Virus record (IMG/VR): IMGVR_UViG_3300026302_000002
Coordinates: 1 to 43,373 of that record
Origin: a virus
Length of the DNA stretch: 43,373 bases
Direction: 5' to 3' (one strand)
The position numbers and the translations under genes are program-made. How positions within the stretch are numbered: position 1 is the first letter of the stretch; each line of letters begins with the position of its first letter. Shown piece by piece: positions 1 to 7,550 of this stretch. The notes under the pieces were generated by a model that searched no databases, was not told the DNA's origin, and saw only the letters and a program-made list of their open reading frames with translations.

Positions 1-127
1 CCCCTGCACCCGGTACTGCGCCGGGAACGTGCCGGCGGCCACCATCCGGTAGACCGTGGCCGCGCTCAACCCGACCCTGGCGCACACCTCGCGCAGGGGC
101 AGCAGGGAAAGATCAGCGCCCATCATC
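1..127. repeat. Terminal direct repeat copy 1 (identical to 43247..43373); circular-closure overlap
   Basis: Direct comparison: bases 1-127 equal bases 43247-43373. The repeat lies within the alpA-like ORF and the 3' end of ORF 113..778. Confidence 0.9.
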
Positions 128-778
128 ACCACCCTCCGCGATCTCCATGATCTTCTGCTCGACGGCGCAATTCTCGACGGCCATGTCGCGCGCACGAATC
201 TCATTGCAACCGAAGTCATCGTGCCCGGTTGCCTCCCGCCACTTCCCCGCCAACTCCCGCACCGCCCCCAGCGCATCGGCGGCGGGGTGGGTGTAGAGCT
301 TCGTGCCGACCAGCGCATCGGATGCGGCCCATCGCGCAACAAACTCCGGCGTGAACTGGATGCACGGGAACTCGTCATCTTCGCCCTTGACCACTTCCGC
401 CACCGCCTCGCCGCCCGCAGGCTGGGGGGTGTCGAACGGGTTGGCCAGAGTGCGGCATGGGAGTGTGCGCACGGGGCAGTTCGGAGCGTGCTTCTCCGGG
501 TCGCGCTTGTAGCCTCCCGGGCAGTTGCACGCATCACCCTTCGCCTCTGCCGGCGCGGGAGCCTTGGCGTCGAATCGTCCGGCCATGTAAGCCGTTGTCA
601 GGTCGTCGGCGCGCTCAGCCACCTCCCCACGCAGCCGCACGATTTCGGCGGCGGCTTCGTCGCCGATGCTCAGGTCGCTATGTTCGCAGCGCGACAGAGC
701 GCGCAGCCTCTCCACGATGTCATCGTTCGTCATATCGATCATGCTCCCGTGCGTACTCGTCTTGGCAGTCGCATCCAT
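113..778 (-). CDS. Hypothetical early protein (Cys-rich middle region)
   Basis: Long ORF on the early-left strand with GC-rich third codon positions. Its stop (113-115) overlaps the alpA start across the circular junction. The true start may be an internal Met (742 or 733, after a GGGAG). Confidence 0.6.
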   Translation of the reverse strand: MDATAKTSTHGSMIDMTNDDIVERLRALSRCEHSDLSIGDEAAAEIVRLRGEVAERADDLTTAYMAGRFDAKAPAPAEAKGDACNCPGGYKRDPEKHAPNCPVRTLPCRTLANPFDTPQPAGGEAVAEVVKGEDDEFPCIQFTPEFVARWAASDALVGTKLYTHPAADALGAVRELAGKWREATGHDDFGCNEIRARDMAVENCAVEQKIMEIAEGGDDGR

Positions 779-858
779 CGGCGACCGGCTCGTGGCATAC
801 GTCGCAGCAGCGCGGCGTCGTCAGCACGGTCAGTGCCGACAGGAATGTTTCGGTCATA

Positions 859-1233
859 TCAGCGGTCACTGTTGTGCTCCGATGGGGTGGTCAACTCCGC
901 AAGGCGTTCGCTCATTGCTTGGAATACTCCGTCAGACGACGCATAGACCGGCTCAGGCTCTCCGCAGCACGTGCCAAAGCCGCGACCGCAGCATTCAAGG
1001 CCGACAGGCTCCGCTGCCATGCGCAAGAACTCATCGAGCAGCTGGACGCCATAGGCGATCGCGTACTCGCGGAGCTTGGCGGCGTGATACAGAGGCTCGA
1101 CATGCAGGCCGACGCTTGCGTAATGCTCAGCAGCGTCAGCCCGCATCGTGAACTGCGTGTTGGCCTCGGGCTGATAGTCCGTCATGGCCCATGCAGCGGG
1201 AGCCGGCACCTCCGGCAGCTGGACGGGGGTCAT
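859..1233 (-). CDS. Hypothetical early protein
   Basis: Co-oriented ORF. Its start overlaps the stop of 1230..1562 by 4 nt. No recognisable family. Confidence 0.6.
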   Translation of the reverse strand: MTPVQLPEVPAPAAWAMTDYQPEANTQFTMRADAAEHYASVGLHVEPLYHAAKLREYAIAYGVQLLDEFLRMAAEPVGLECCGRGFGTCCGEPEPVYASSDGVFQAMSERLAELTTPSEHNSDR

Positions 1234-1562
1234 GGGGTGTCGTCCTGGCTCTGGCGCTTGCGAACGATTGGTTGGTCGAACACGCGACCTATAAATCGGA
1301 AGAACGATGCGAACACGTCAGGCGCAACGTCGAAGATCGCTGCGATCAGGTTTGCCACCGGAGTGACGCACAAAAACGCCCGGCCGATGATTGATCCGAC
1401 CGTGAGCGACGGCGAGTAGTACGGCTTCACCGACTGCTCCTTGTCTCGGCGGTAGTCCTGCCAGGTTTCGACCGTGTAGCCGTACAGGCACAGCACAGCC
1501 GGTGCGTAATACAGGCCGACAGACAGCCACAGGTTCGCGGTGATGTAGTTGATCCAGTTCAT
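1230..1562 (-). CDS. Small membrane protein (2 predicted TM segments)
   Basis: Hydrophobic stretches NLWLSVGLYYAPAVLCLYGY and IIGRAFLCVTPVANLIAAIF. 4-nt overlap with both neighbouring genes. Confidence 0.6.
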   Translation of the reverse strand: MNWINYITANLWLSVGLYYAPAVLCLYGYTVETWQDYRRDKEQSVKPYYSPSLTVGSIIGRAFLCVTPVANLIAAIFDVAPDVFASFFRFIGRVFDQPIVRKRQSQDDTP

Positions 1563-1762
1563 TTCTCATCCTCACTCATCGTCGGAAGGGGCTGGGTGGC
1601 GCGGGCTTTCAGCAAGCGCCGCCACCACGGCAGACGCGCCACTTCCAGTTCCGCCCGTAGGCGGATGTTCTCCGCGGTCAGGTCCTCGACCAGGTGCCGG
1701 AGCAGCTCCTTCTTCGGCTGCTGCATCTGGCGGGGCTTGCGGGGGAAGAGTTGGTCGGTCAT
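1559..1762 (-). CDS. Small hypothetical protein (67 aa, coiled-coil-like)
   Basis: Internal Met of track ORF 1559..2242. ATGA start/stop overlap with 1759..2421 at 1759-1762. The rest of the 227-aa track ORF is a shadow frame. Confidence 0.5.
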   Translation of the reverse strand: MTDQLFPRKPRQMQQPKKELLRHLVEDLTAENIRLRAELEVARLPWWRRLLKARATQPLPTMSEDEK

Positions 1763-2421
1763 GCGGCTTGGTCCATCGCCGGCGCTGCGGCTTCCAGTGC
1801 GTCGAACAGGCCCGGCATCGACTGGGCGCGCACGGCAGCTGCGCAGTAGGCGGAAGCGTCCAGGAAGTACGCCGGGTTGAGCTCGACGCCGTAGCCGCGG
1901 CGCCCCATCTTCAGCGCCATGTACGGCACGGTCCCAATCCCGCCAAACGGATCCAGCACCAGTTCGCCGGCCATGCAGTGCTGCTCGATGCAGCGCTCGA
2001 CAATGTCGAACTGCAGCGGGCACAGGTGCTGCTCCTTGCCCTTCGCCGCCTGCGTGCTGTTGAGCGTGCGCATGCGGGCGGTGTTCGGGCCAGCGGTTTC
2101 CTTGGCGGCTTTGATCTCGGCGACGTCCGAGGGGAGGAGCTTCGTCTGCACGCTGGATCGGTTCGCATCCGCCTGAAGTCCTGCCGCAAGGTGGTGCGGG
2201 TTGATGCACCCTTTCGACTCGCAGGTGCTGTAGACCACCCATCCCTTCGGCAGCGGGCCGAACAGTTGCTCCCAGAGCCAGCGGTGTGCAACCTCATCTC
2301 GGCCGCAGAAGGTCAGCTTTCCATGGCCGTCCTCGGTCGTTGGACCGAGCCAGGTCCAGCAGGCTTCCGGGGATCGGCCGAGCTTCACGCGGGGCTTGAT
2401 GGACTGTCCAGGGAGTGGCAT
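1759..2421 (-). CDS. Fusion of a degenerate HNH_3-like domain and the C-terminal SAM-binding half of a beta-class N6/N4 DNA methyltransferase; no catalytic DPPY-type motif
   Basis: N-terminus CWTWLGPTTEDGHGKL...STCESKGCINPHHL (HNH_3 pattern with the first His lost). C-terminus HLCPLQFDIVERCI...LVLDPFGGIGTVPYMALKMGRRGYGVELNPAYF (PF01555-style motif I region). Confidence 0.6.
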   Translation of the reverse strand: MPLPGQSIKPRVKLGRSPEACWTWLGPTTEDGHGKLTFCGRDEVAHRWLWEQLFGPLPKGWVVYSTCESKGCINPHHLAAGLQADANRSSVQTKLLPSDVAEIKAAKETAGPNTARMRTLNSTQAAKGKEQHLCPLQFDIVERCIEQHCMAGELVLDPFGGIGTVPYMALKMGRRGYGVELNPAYFLDASAYCAAAVRAQSMPGLFDALEAAAPAMDQAA

Positions 2422-2425
2422 GCGC

Positions 2426-2611
2426 TCAATCCCCCGTGTTGGTTGCTGGCAGGTTCAGGCCGGAGCCGGTGCCGCCGGCGCGCGCGTACTGCTTCGCCTC
2501 ATCGTGAAGCTGCCGCAGGTCGCTGATGACGTTGGACGGCTCGCCGGTGGCGGTGCAGGCCACGATGGCCCGTTCCAGTGCGTAGAGCGTGTCGGAAGGA
2601 TTGAGGCTCAT
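2426..2611 (-). CDS. Hypothetical small protein
   Basis: 61-aa ORF. Its start overlaps the stop of the exonuclease gene by 4 nt. Confidence 0.5.
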   Translation of the reverse strand: MSLNPSDTLYALERAIVACTATGEPSNVISDLRQLHDEAKQYARAGGTGSGLNLPATNTGD

Positions 2612-4278
2612 GCCGCAGCCGCCAGCGCCACGCGCTCCGGTGCCTGCTGGATGACCTGGGCCAGCGCCGCGCAGATCCGCGGGAAGTCCTCGCCGGCGTA
2701 CAGCTTCGCCGCGCGCTCGCTGCCGACCGGGCGGAAGCCGAGGTTGGCCAGGCCGTCCGCAGTGACGGACAGCGGGGCGATCGCGGCGTTGATGTCGCCG
2801 AGTTTGATGCGGGCGGCTTGCTTCGCGACCGGCGTGCTGACGGCTGCCGCCGGCGCGGCCGGAGTCACCGGCACGCCATCGCGCACGATGGTGACCGGAG
2901 GCGGCGGAGCGGGCGGAGGCGGGGGCTCAGCCTTGCGATCCGCCTCGGCCTTCCGCTCCGCTTCCTGCCGGTCGTGCTCGGCGATGCGCGCTGCGACCAG
3001 GTTCCGCAGGTCGTCCGGCTGCTTGGAGGCGCACAGCAGCACCCGGTCCGGGAAGATGGTCATGCGGTCGCCAGCGCATTCCGTGAGCACGGCGATGTTC
3101 TGGCGCACGCGCTCGGCCTGCTGGCTACCGGCGATCTTCGCCGCCGCCGCCGCCGCGTCCACGGCATCCTTCATGCTGGTCAGCGACTTCTTGCCCTTGA
3201 TGGCAGCGGAGATTTCCAGCTGCAGGGTCTGCGCCGGCTGGATCCGGTGCTCGCCCAGCGTGGCGTTGATCTCGTCGTAGTGCTCCCGCACCGCGCGCGC
3301 GCCGGCCTGGACAATCTCCAACTTCCGGGCTTCCTTCTCCTTCGTGACCAGCTTGTCCAGCTCCAGACGGATGCGGCGGGTCTCCGCGCTCACCTCGTCC
3401 ATCGTCCGGAACACCGCGTCGATGTCGGCGGTCTGGCCCAGCACCTGCTGCTTCGTGGCTTCCAGCCGGTCCTCGACGTCCTTGCACCACTTCACCGTCT
3501 TCTCGGCGTTGGCGAAGTCGTCGTCGGTCTTGAGGTCGCGGTTGATGCTGTTCAGCACCAGCAGCGCGTTCGCCTTGAAGTCGGCGAGGTTGCTGGCCTT
3601 GACCATGCCGGTGACCTGGATGCTCAGCGCCGGCAGCGCATCGGGCGCGCGGCCCACGGCTGCCGGCGCGGCGGCCGGTTCGGGGTTGTAGGCAGCGACG
3701 TCGGCGGCGAACTGCTCCCAGCCGGCCACGATCTCCTCGCGCAGGGCCAGGTCGGGCAGATACCAGGTGTGCCGCTCTTCCACCAGGGTGTCGTCGTTGT
3801 TCCACTTCGACGCCATGAAGAGCACGCGGTCGGCGCCGGAGACCAGCATCTGCTGCTCCATCTGGACCCGGTACTGCTTCGGGAGGTCGGCGCCGGTGCA
3901 GCCTTCGACCATGGCAGCGCGGAGCGTATCGTTCAGCGACTTGTGCTCGAAGGCCACGTCTTCCAGCAGAGTCAGGCCGTCAAAGCTGGCAGAGTGCGGG
4001 CTGTCGTCAGCGACGCCGACGCACGGATACAGGTCCTCGCCGATGATGGCCTCGGCCAGCGGCCTGGCCAGAGCCTCGGCGCGGTGGCCGGCGTCGAAAC
4101 GCTGCTGCGTCGCGCTGTCGATTTCGGCGCCGATGCCGGTGGCGGTCTCTCGCACAAGGTCGGCCCGCTTCTTGTACGGGCTGCAGCCGAGCATCGCCGG
4201 TGCGTCGCTGGCGTTGAAGTGGGTGGCGCGGTGCTGATGCCAGGCTTCCGAGCCCTGGACGACGGTGATGATCCTCAT
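2608..4278 (-). CDS. YqaJ-type (lambda Exo-like) recombination exonuclease with a roughly 350-aa C-terminal extension
   Basis: N-terminus VVQGSEAWHQHRATHFNASDAPAMLGCSPYKKR...FDGL...FEHKS...QMEQQM resembles PF09588. It sits beside recT. A coiled-coil region and a PPPPAPPPP linker follow. Confidence 0.75.
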   Translation of the reverse strand: MRIITVVQGSEAWHQHRATHFNASDAPAMLGCSPYKKRADLVRETATGIGAEIDSATQQRFDAGHRAEALARPLAEAIIGEDLYPCVGVADDSPHSASFDGLTLLEDVAFEHKSLNDTLRAAMVEGCTGADLPKQYRVQMEQQMLVSGADRVLFMASKWNNDDTLVEERHTWYLPDLALREEIVAGWEQFAADVAAYNPEPAAAPAAVGRAPDALPALSIQVTGMVKASNLADFKANALLVLNSINRDLKTDDDFANAEKTVKWCKDVEDRLEATKQQVLGQTADIDAVFRTMDEVSAETRRIRLELDKLVTKEKEARKLEIVQAGARAVREHYDEINATLGEHRIQPAQTLQLEISAAIKGKKSLTSMKDAVDAAAAAAKIAGSQQAERVRQNIAVLTECAGDRMTIFPDRVLLCASKQPDDLRNLVAARIAEHDRQEAERKAEADRKAEPPPPPAPPPPVTIVRDGVPVTPAAPAAAVSTPVAKQAARIKLGDINAAIAPLSVTADGLANLGFRPVGSERAAKLYAGEDFPRICAALAQVIQQAPERVALAAAA

Positions 4279-4766
4279 GATGCCCTCGCGAATTGTCCGT
4301 AGTGCGTGCGCGCGGCCTGCAAATAAGCCTGCTGCGCCTGCTCGGCGGTTTCGAACGTGCCGAGGTGGATGAGTTCGTGGTTGACGCGAATACGCGCCTG
4401 GAATCGTCCGCTGGGGAGCGCCTTCACCCCCTTCGGCGTGGCCTTTCCTCTGGTGCGCGACCTGTTCGCCTGGTTCTGCGGGTTGGTGGCCTGGCGGAGG
4501 TTCGCGATCCGGTTGTCGAGCGGCGAGCCGTTCGCATGGTCAAGATCGCCGGAAGGCCACTCCCCATGCACGTACAGCCACGCCAAGCGGTGCGCTTTGT
4601 ACTTGTGCCCGTCGACCTTGATCATCACGTAGCCGGTCGCGATGCCGCCGGCGACGTAATCGCGTAGCCGCGGGTGGTACTTGGTCGGAGCGACCAAGTA
4701 GAACAGGCCGCTCTCGGGCTCGTAGCGGAGCACCTCCTGCAGCCGGGACTGGGTCAGCTCGCTCAA
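4275..4766 (-). CDS. HNH endonuclease with C-terminal AP2 DNA-binding domain (homing-endonuclease-like)
   Basis: YKAHRLAWLYVHG...DLDHANGSPLDNRIANL (HNH_3) plus GVKALPSGRFQARIRVNHELIHLGTFETAEQAQQAY (AP2). 4-nt overlaps with exo and recT. Confidence 0.8.
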   Translation of the reverse strand: MSELTQSRLQEVLRYEPESGLFYLVAPTKYHPRLRDYVAGGIATGYVMIKVDGHKYKAHRLAWLYVHGEWPSGDLDHANGSPLDNRIANLRQATNPQNQANRSRTRGKATPKGVKALPSGRFQARIRVNHELIHLGTFETAEQAQQAYLQAARTHYGQFARAS

Positions 4767-5581
4767 GGCTGCGTTCCCTCCGTGGCCTGGCCGGCTTCGC
4801 CCTGATCCGTCGGGGACGTGCGGATCTCCTTCAGCTGCTCGTCAGTGAAGCGCGACTTCGTCTGCAGCACGGCGATCAGCTCGTCGGCGGTGCGCCTGCC
4901 GCTCTTGATGATGTCCCACCAGCTGGGCAGGTTCTTCGCGAAGTCGTCGTCGGCGTAGAGCGGAAGCTCGACCGGCGTGGCCGCGACCGTGGCGACCACG
5001 CGCTTCTGATCTTCTGCCGCTGCCGGCTGGATGTCCATGATCTCCTCGGCGATGGCCATGCCGCGCAGAACGTCGGTGAAGACGTCGCGGAGGGCGAACG
5101 CGCGGGCACGCATCTGGCGCATGCGCTTCGGGTACTGCGTCCAGGGGCCAGCCTTGCCGAGCAGCCCAGCGGTCTTCGCGTCGTCCATGGAGAACGTGCG
5201 AACTTCCTCCGCCTCGCCGCGCCGCTTGACCTTGCACGTCGCGACCGTGCCGTTGTCCGACTCGGTGACGTATTCGCAGAGCGGCGAGGCGCGCACGATG
5301 GCGAGGACCGCATCGCCCCACAGCGCGGGCCGCCCGTTGATGATGGCCAGGTTCTGCAGCGCCTGCAGCGGCTTCAGGCCGAGCTCGGCGCCCCACTGGA
5401 TGGCGATGAGGCAGTTCGCCGGCTTGCCCTTGAAGTCCTTCGGGACCAGGTCGCTATCGGCGAGGTAGTCGCAGAACGTCAGGGCCTGCTCGAACGTCTG
5501 CGGGCTCAGGTCGAACTGCTGGCGCGGCTGTGCGACCGCGGTGGCCGGCTGAGCCGGCAGGGTGGCGACTGCGGTATTCAT
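4763..5581 (-). CDS. recT: RecT-family single-strand annealing protein
   Basis: LVPKDFKGKPANCLIAIQWGAELGLKPLQALQNLAIINGRPALWGDA... is a typical RecT core. It is adjacent to a YqaJ exonuclease. Confidence 0.85.
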   Translation of the reverse strand: MNTAVATLPAQPATAVAQPRQQFDLSPQTFEQALTFCDYLADSDLVPKDFKGKPANCLIAIQWGAELGLKPLQALQNLAIINGRPALWGDAVLAIVRASPLCEYVTESDNGTVATCKVKRRGEAEEVRTFSMDDAKTAGLLGKAGPWTQYPKRMRQMRARAFALRDVFTDVLRGMAIAEEIMDIQPAAAEDQKRVVATVAATPVELPLYADDDFAKNLPSWWDIIKSGRRTADELIAVLQTKSRFTDEQLKEIRTSPTDQGEAGQATEGTQP

Positions 5582-5584
5582 GGT

Positions 5585-5866
5585 TTAGGCGGCCTTCGGC
5601 TGGTCGTCGGCTTCGACGATCTTCTGGTAGGGGTACTTGTCGGCGAACGGCTTGATGTGCTGGCCGAAGTGCTTGCCCTTCGACTCGCTGGCCAGGAAGG
5701 CGTCGTAGTCCTCCTGGGTCACGTTCGCGTAGTGGTAGAGCGAGCCCGGGCCGCGCTTGTCGCCGTAGCCGCGCGTGAAGCGGATCGCCAGCGTCTGGCT
5801 CTCCGGGTCGTAGCCGATGGAGTGGATCTGGGACGAATCGACGTCCTGCAGGCGCACGATGGTCAT
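5585..5866 (-). CDS. KTSC-domain protein
   Basis: SSQIHSIGYDPESQTLAIRF...LYHYANVTQEDYDAFLASESKGKHF matches the KTSC (PF13619) pattern. An AGGAA Shine-Dalgarno lies upstream. Confidence 0.7.
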   Translation of the reverse strand: MTIVRLQDVDSSQIHSIGYDPESQTLAIRFTRGYGDKRGPGSLYHYANVTQEDYDAFLASESKGKHFGQHIKPFADKYPYQKIVEADDQPKAA

Positions 5867-5955
5867 AGAGGGTTCCTGGTCAGGTGGGAATGGGGGCCGG
5901 CTGGGCCGGCAGAGTTGGCGGCCGCAGGTCGCTGGGAGCGACCTGCGGGGTGCGG

Positions 5956-6409
5956 TCAGTCCTCGCCGTCGCCGTAGCCGTCGCCGTAGCCGTCGCCGTC
6001 GCCGTCGCCGTAGCCGTCGCCGTAGCCGTAGCCGTAGCCGTCGCCGTCGCCGTCGCCGTAGCCGTAGCCGTAGCCGTAGCCGTAGCCGTCGCCGTCGCCG
6101 TAGCCGTCGCCGTAGCCGTAGCCGTAGCCGTAGCCGTCGCCGTCGCCGTAGCCGTAGCCGTAGCCGTCGCCGTCGCCGTAGCCGTAGCCGTAGCCGTAGC
6201 CGTCGCCGTCGCCGTCGCCGTCGGCATTGCTCGCCCTGGTGATCCAGGTGCGGCCGCTCGCCTCGGAGGTGCGGAGGAGCTTGGCGGTGTCACCGGCGAT
6301 CACGCCTCCGGTGTGCTCCTCGATGAAGTCCCGCACCCCACTGATGCAGGCGCCGGCGTCGAGCACATCGACGACGGTGACCGTCGGCCGATATGCCAGG
6401 GCGTTCACG
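5956..6409 (-). CDS. Early protein with a roughly 60-aa N-terminal domain and a 43x (Asp-Gly / Tyr-Gly) dipeptide-repeat tail
   Basis: Same strand as its neighbours. The GTG start at 6409 overlaps the upstream stop (GTGA), and a GGGAGG lies 4 nt upstream. The track ORF starts at 6420. The other three ORFs over the repeat are frame artefacts. Confidence 0.6.
5965..6222. repeat. 43 tandem hexanucleotides GCCGTM (GCCGTC / GCCGTA), 258 bp, no interruptions
   Basis: Counted directly: 20 GCCGTC (Asp-Gly on the minus strand) and 23 GCCGTA (Tyr-Gly) units in irregular order. Open in all six frames. Confidence 0.95.
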
Positions 6410-6680
6410 CAGCCTCCCACGCCTTCGCGGCTTCGGGGGCGACCTCGAACACCGCCGTGATCTTGCGGATCTCGAGGTCGGCACGGGCGGAGATCTTGCT
6501 GCTCTTGGTCGGGCCGGTCTCGGCCAGCTCGACCAGGCCGCGGGTGGTGCCGAAGCGGATCGCCATGCGCGAGCGCTTCAGGTGGATGGTCTGCCCGCTG
6601 GTGTCCTCGGCGTAGCCGAAGAAGACCCCGCGATGCTCGGTGGTGACGATGACCGGACGGCCGGTGGTGTTCTCGCTCAT
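6405..6680 (-). CDS. Hypothetical early protein
   Basis: 91-aa co-oriented ORF with high GC3. Family not recognised. Confidence 0.6.
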   Translation of the reverse strand: MSENTTGRPVIVTTEHRGVFFGYAEDTSGQTIHLKRSRMAIRFGTTRGLVELAETGPTKSSKISARADLEIRKITAVFEVAPEAAKAWEAA

Positions 6681-6774
6681 TGCTGGTGCCCTCCTGGGCG
6701 GTCGGTGAAGTAGGTTCCCGGCGTTGCTCGGCCGGGGCGGGTTGGGCTGCCCGAGGGGAGCGGGCAGCAGGGGG

Positions 6775-7296
6775 TTACGCGGCGTCCTTCTGTTCCTGGT
6801 CGCCGGCCTGTGCCTTGGGTGGCGTGAGGGACACGCGGACAGAGCCGCGATCCCAAGCCTCCAGCAGCGGGGCGTAGTCTTCGGAGTCGATGACGGTGTT
6901 GGCCTTCAGCACCAGCTCCACGCTGCCGCCCTCGATGAAGGTCACGCCGTGGATGACCAGCTCCGCGTCCGCGAAGAACAGCGGGTCGATGTGGTCCAGC
7001 AGGCCGGCGACCTGCAGCTCGTAGCCGCCGAACTTCAGGCCGATCTTCTGCTCCTTCAGGTACGGCAGCTTCAGCGCGGTCAGGTTGTTGCCGTCGATCG
7101 GCAGCGCCTGCTGCTCGCCCTTGCCGGGCTTCTCGAAGAACGCCGGGCGCAGCTTCTTGTCCACGCTGTCCAGGATCAGGGCCGAAGCGGTCAGCTTCAG
7201 GGTGAGCGTGGCGGCCGGCACCTTCTCGTCGCCGTGGTTCTCCTTGCGGAGGTTGAGGTGGCTGAAGTCCGCCTCGTGCTTGTCCAGTTGGAACAT
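6775..7296 (-). CDS. Hypothetical early protein (173 aa)
   Basis: Co-oriented ORF with high GC3. An 8-bp hairpin (6746..6768) follows the stop. Confidence 0.65.
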   Translation of the reverse strand: MFQLDKHEADFSHLNLRKENHGDEKVPAATLTLKLTASALILDSVDKKLRPAFFEKPGKGEQQALPIDGNNLTALKLPYLKEQKIGLKFGGYELQVAGLLDHIDPLFFADAELVIHGVTFIEGGSVELVLKANTVIDSEDYAPLLEAWDRGSVRVSLTPPKAQAGDQEQKDAA

Positions 7297-7335
7297 GGAT
7301 CGATCCTCGGAATGCCGGCCACTGCCGGAGGGTGG

Positions 7336-7542
7336 TCAGGCAGCGGACGGACCGTTGCCGTGGTAGACGTAGCGGCGGGGCAGCTTCGACTGGCCCAGCG
7401 CGATGCTCGCCGCGGCGCTGCTGCCGCCCCGGTAGGCGCGGAAGCCCTCGGCCACGGCGGCCTGCCGCTGCTGTTCGGTGGCGCCGGTGCTGCGGGCGCG
7501 CTGGTTGATCGCGTCGCGAATCGCTGCGTGGCGGTCGGTCAT
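7336..7542 (-). CDS. Hypothetical small protein (68 aa)
   Basis: Internal Met of track ORF 7336..7593. Upstream of 7542, third-position GC favours the frame of 7551..7874. Confidence 0.5.
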   Translation of the reverse strand: MTDRHAAIRDAINQRARSTGATEQQRQAAVAEGFRAYRGGSSAAASIALGQSKLPRRYVYHGNGPSAA

Positions 7543-7550
7543 CTGGCAGA

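Noticed and set aside
1-127. Terminal repeats as attL/attR or as biological direct terminal repeats
   Set aside because: The repeat lies inside coding sequence (alpA and the upstream ORF), and the window begins and ends exactly at the repeat. The 127-nt length matches an assembler k-mer overlap. Joining the ends restores intact genes.
5965-6222. Possible CRISPR array or minisatellite-type non-coding repeat
   Set aside because: The unit is only 6 bp and there are no spacers. The array is in frame with, and continuous with, a non-repetitive N-terminal coding segment.
5817-6615. Three other long ORFs over the hexanucleotide array: an Arg/Ser-rich ORF (5817..6242 +), an Ala-Val repeat ORF (5884..6615 +) and a Thr-Ala repeat ORF (5880..6293 -)
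   Set aside because: They exist only because a stop-free 6-bp repeat is open in every frame. They lack start-context support. They are on the wrong strand or in the wrong frame relative to the tightly coupled minus-strand operon.
6746-6768. Hairpin GCTGCCCG-N7-CGGGCAGC after ORF 6775..7296 as a terminator
   Set aside because: No U-tract follows on the transcribed (minus) strand, and the operon clearly continues. It is probably just a stable RNA structure.
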